Source of the DNA: Batkoa obscura
Lineage: Eukaryota
Length of the DNA stretch: 64,000 bases
Direction of reading: 5' to 3'
Assembly: GCA_030770535.1 (NCBI GenBank)
Contig: JASVEC010000012.1
Coordinates: 806,001 to 870,000, forward strand
Under the pieces are notes generated by a model, which searched no databases, was not told the origin of the DNA, and was given only the letters and a program-made list of their open reading frames with translations. The position numbers and the translations under genes were made by a program. Each line of letters begins with the position of its first letter. Position 1 is the first letter of the stretch. Shown here in pieces: positions 62,244 through 64,000 of this stretch.

Positions 62244-63968
62244 TTATTATATTCTATAATAAATTATTATTAGTACTTGTAATAATATTTATGAAGTTAA
62301 GTGATTACTTTTTACAATGAGAAAACTATTGTTGATAACCTTCATGTATCATTTTGTACATTATTTATACCATTTTTTAAGGATATACAATATGGAGCTA
62401 ATGATATCAATATTCAAGAATCAATAATGTAGGATTGACAATATCAATATTTAGGAGTAGGTTGTACATTATATTATACATGTCATGATTTTCGACTTAA
62501 AATAAAGTTAACTTCAATTACATACTTTACGATAATATGGCAATAAACAATTTTGATTAAAATATTTAACCTTTTTTACTTTATTTTTCAATTCAATATT
62601 TAACCTGTCAACTTATTTTATTATTTCGTTTGTTGATTTTCTATATGAAAATTTATTACATCTTAAAATGCATCTCTTCATGATTTAATTAATTCATAGC
62701 AGTTATAACTGGAAGTGATTAAAAAAGTCGGAAGTAACATCACCACATAAATAGTATAAGCCAATAATTATACTATTCTGTATTTAGAAAGACTTCTAAA
62801 ATTAACTTAATCTATTTTACTAATAAAAACCGGTTTGTTTGTTTTATAAAACTTGTTCTTTTTATTATATAAAATAGTGGAATAAATTGTTAACTTTGTA
62901 ACTTCCCCTTTATACGATATTCTAAACCTTATCAAGCATATGTATTATTGTTCTTAACAATACTAATAATATAAGTTGATAACAAATGTATCAAAATCAA
63001 AAAACGATAGTCACAGTGTTATTATTTAAATAAAGGTTGTAAAAAGCGTATTACATATTGGAATAAAAAATGCTAAAATTTACAGATTGTTTATTAAATT
63101 TTCTATCTTTTCATGGTTATCAGGTACATACACTAGCAAAAAAATTTCGATGACATAACTTTATCATTAGACATAAAATGATTTGAAAAATAGCTAGTAC
63201 ATTAAAAGAAATTATACTACTAAAAGAAAGGACGACAAATTATATAGCTTAGTTTTTACTCCTTTACCATTTTTCAGCTTCCCCTCCTTTGGTTACAGCA
63301 TTTACCAACTTTTAATTTCTGTCCCATCATAAAATATATTTTTTAACAACTCTATTGCGCTCGAAACTATGCAGCTTTCTCGACTAGATCAGGATCCCAG
63401 GCTAAAATATTGTTTATGCTCTTCCTTGAATGTTGGTTGGCTATCTTCTACAAGCTACGACAGAAGCTTCATAAAATTGGGTCATTCAAAATCCTCACTT
63501 TACCTATTAGGTTTGAATCTTGTTGGTAATTTCAACCTTCTTATTGGGAGTAACTTTCTGCTTTCTTGGAGACCCTGCTCATTTTTGGATCTTTGCCGCC
63601 CTGGGCCACCTTCAACATTAACATACGTCAGCTAGATAAAACATGAAGTCTAATTTATTACAAATTAAAAGTTACTTGACAATTCTTTAATAAGTTAAAT
63701 CTTTACAAACCAACAATGTAATAAAAATATTAATTGTCCATTAAACAATATCTAAATTGAATTAATTAAAAGCGCTTAGATTTCAAAAAGTTATAATTTG
63801 TTAACAAAATTGAACATTAAAATTAAAATTAAAGTAATAAGATGTTTGATACAAATTGTTTATTCTACTATTAAGGACGACCTTCAAAGTAGTTTAATAT
63901 CCAACAAACTTATTGTCATATAATGCAGTATTGTAAGATAAGGATAGACAAATATACCACTGTATAGT

Positions 63969-64000
63969 TTAGCAATCATCACCACAGCAGCAAAAACCCC
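63969..64000 (-). CDS. Defensin-like peptide C, 3' end only (window edge)
   Basis: Encodes ..GFCCCGDDC*; 3' flank resembles those of A and B. Confidence 0.75.
   Translation of the reverse strand, partial: GFCCCGDDC

Overview
This is eukaryotic, very AT-rich fungal DNA with short GT-AG introns (mostly 45-70 nt). The gene set (eIF3L, MCMDC2-like, Ecm33-like, fungal TAF1) suggests an early-diverging fungus; Entomophthoromycotina/Conidiobolus-like is a guess, not shown. Housekeeping genes are HIS5, eIF3L, RFC1, ALG11, ECO1, TAF1 and RPA2 (Pol I second subunit). Accessory content: (1) a four-member intronless orphan family of about 222 aa; (2) a decayed, intronless gene closely resembling the bacterial quorum-sensing autoinducer synthases CqsA/LqsA; (3) a near-identical 4.1-kb inverted duplication of a whole MCMDC2-like meiotic gene enclosing a 7.1-kb HIS5-eIF3L-RFC1 segment; (4) twelve copies of a ~104-bp MITE and two inverted 456-bp TG..CA solo-LTR-like elements in a gene-free repeat nest; (5) a secreted Gly/Gln/Phe-repeat protein; (6) a tandem array of 10-Cys defensin-like peptide genes with intact, pseudogenised and truncated units that runs off the window end. 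All protein identities come from motif recognition by eye; no database search was run.
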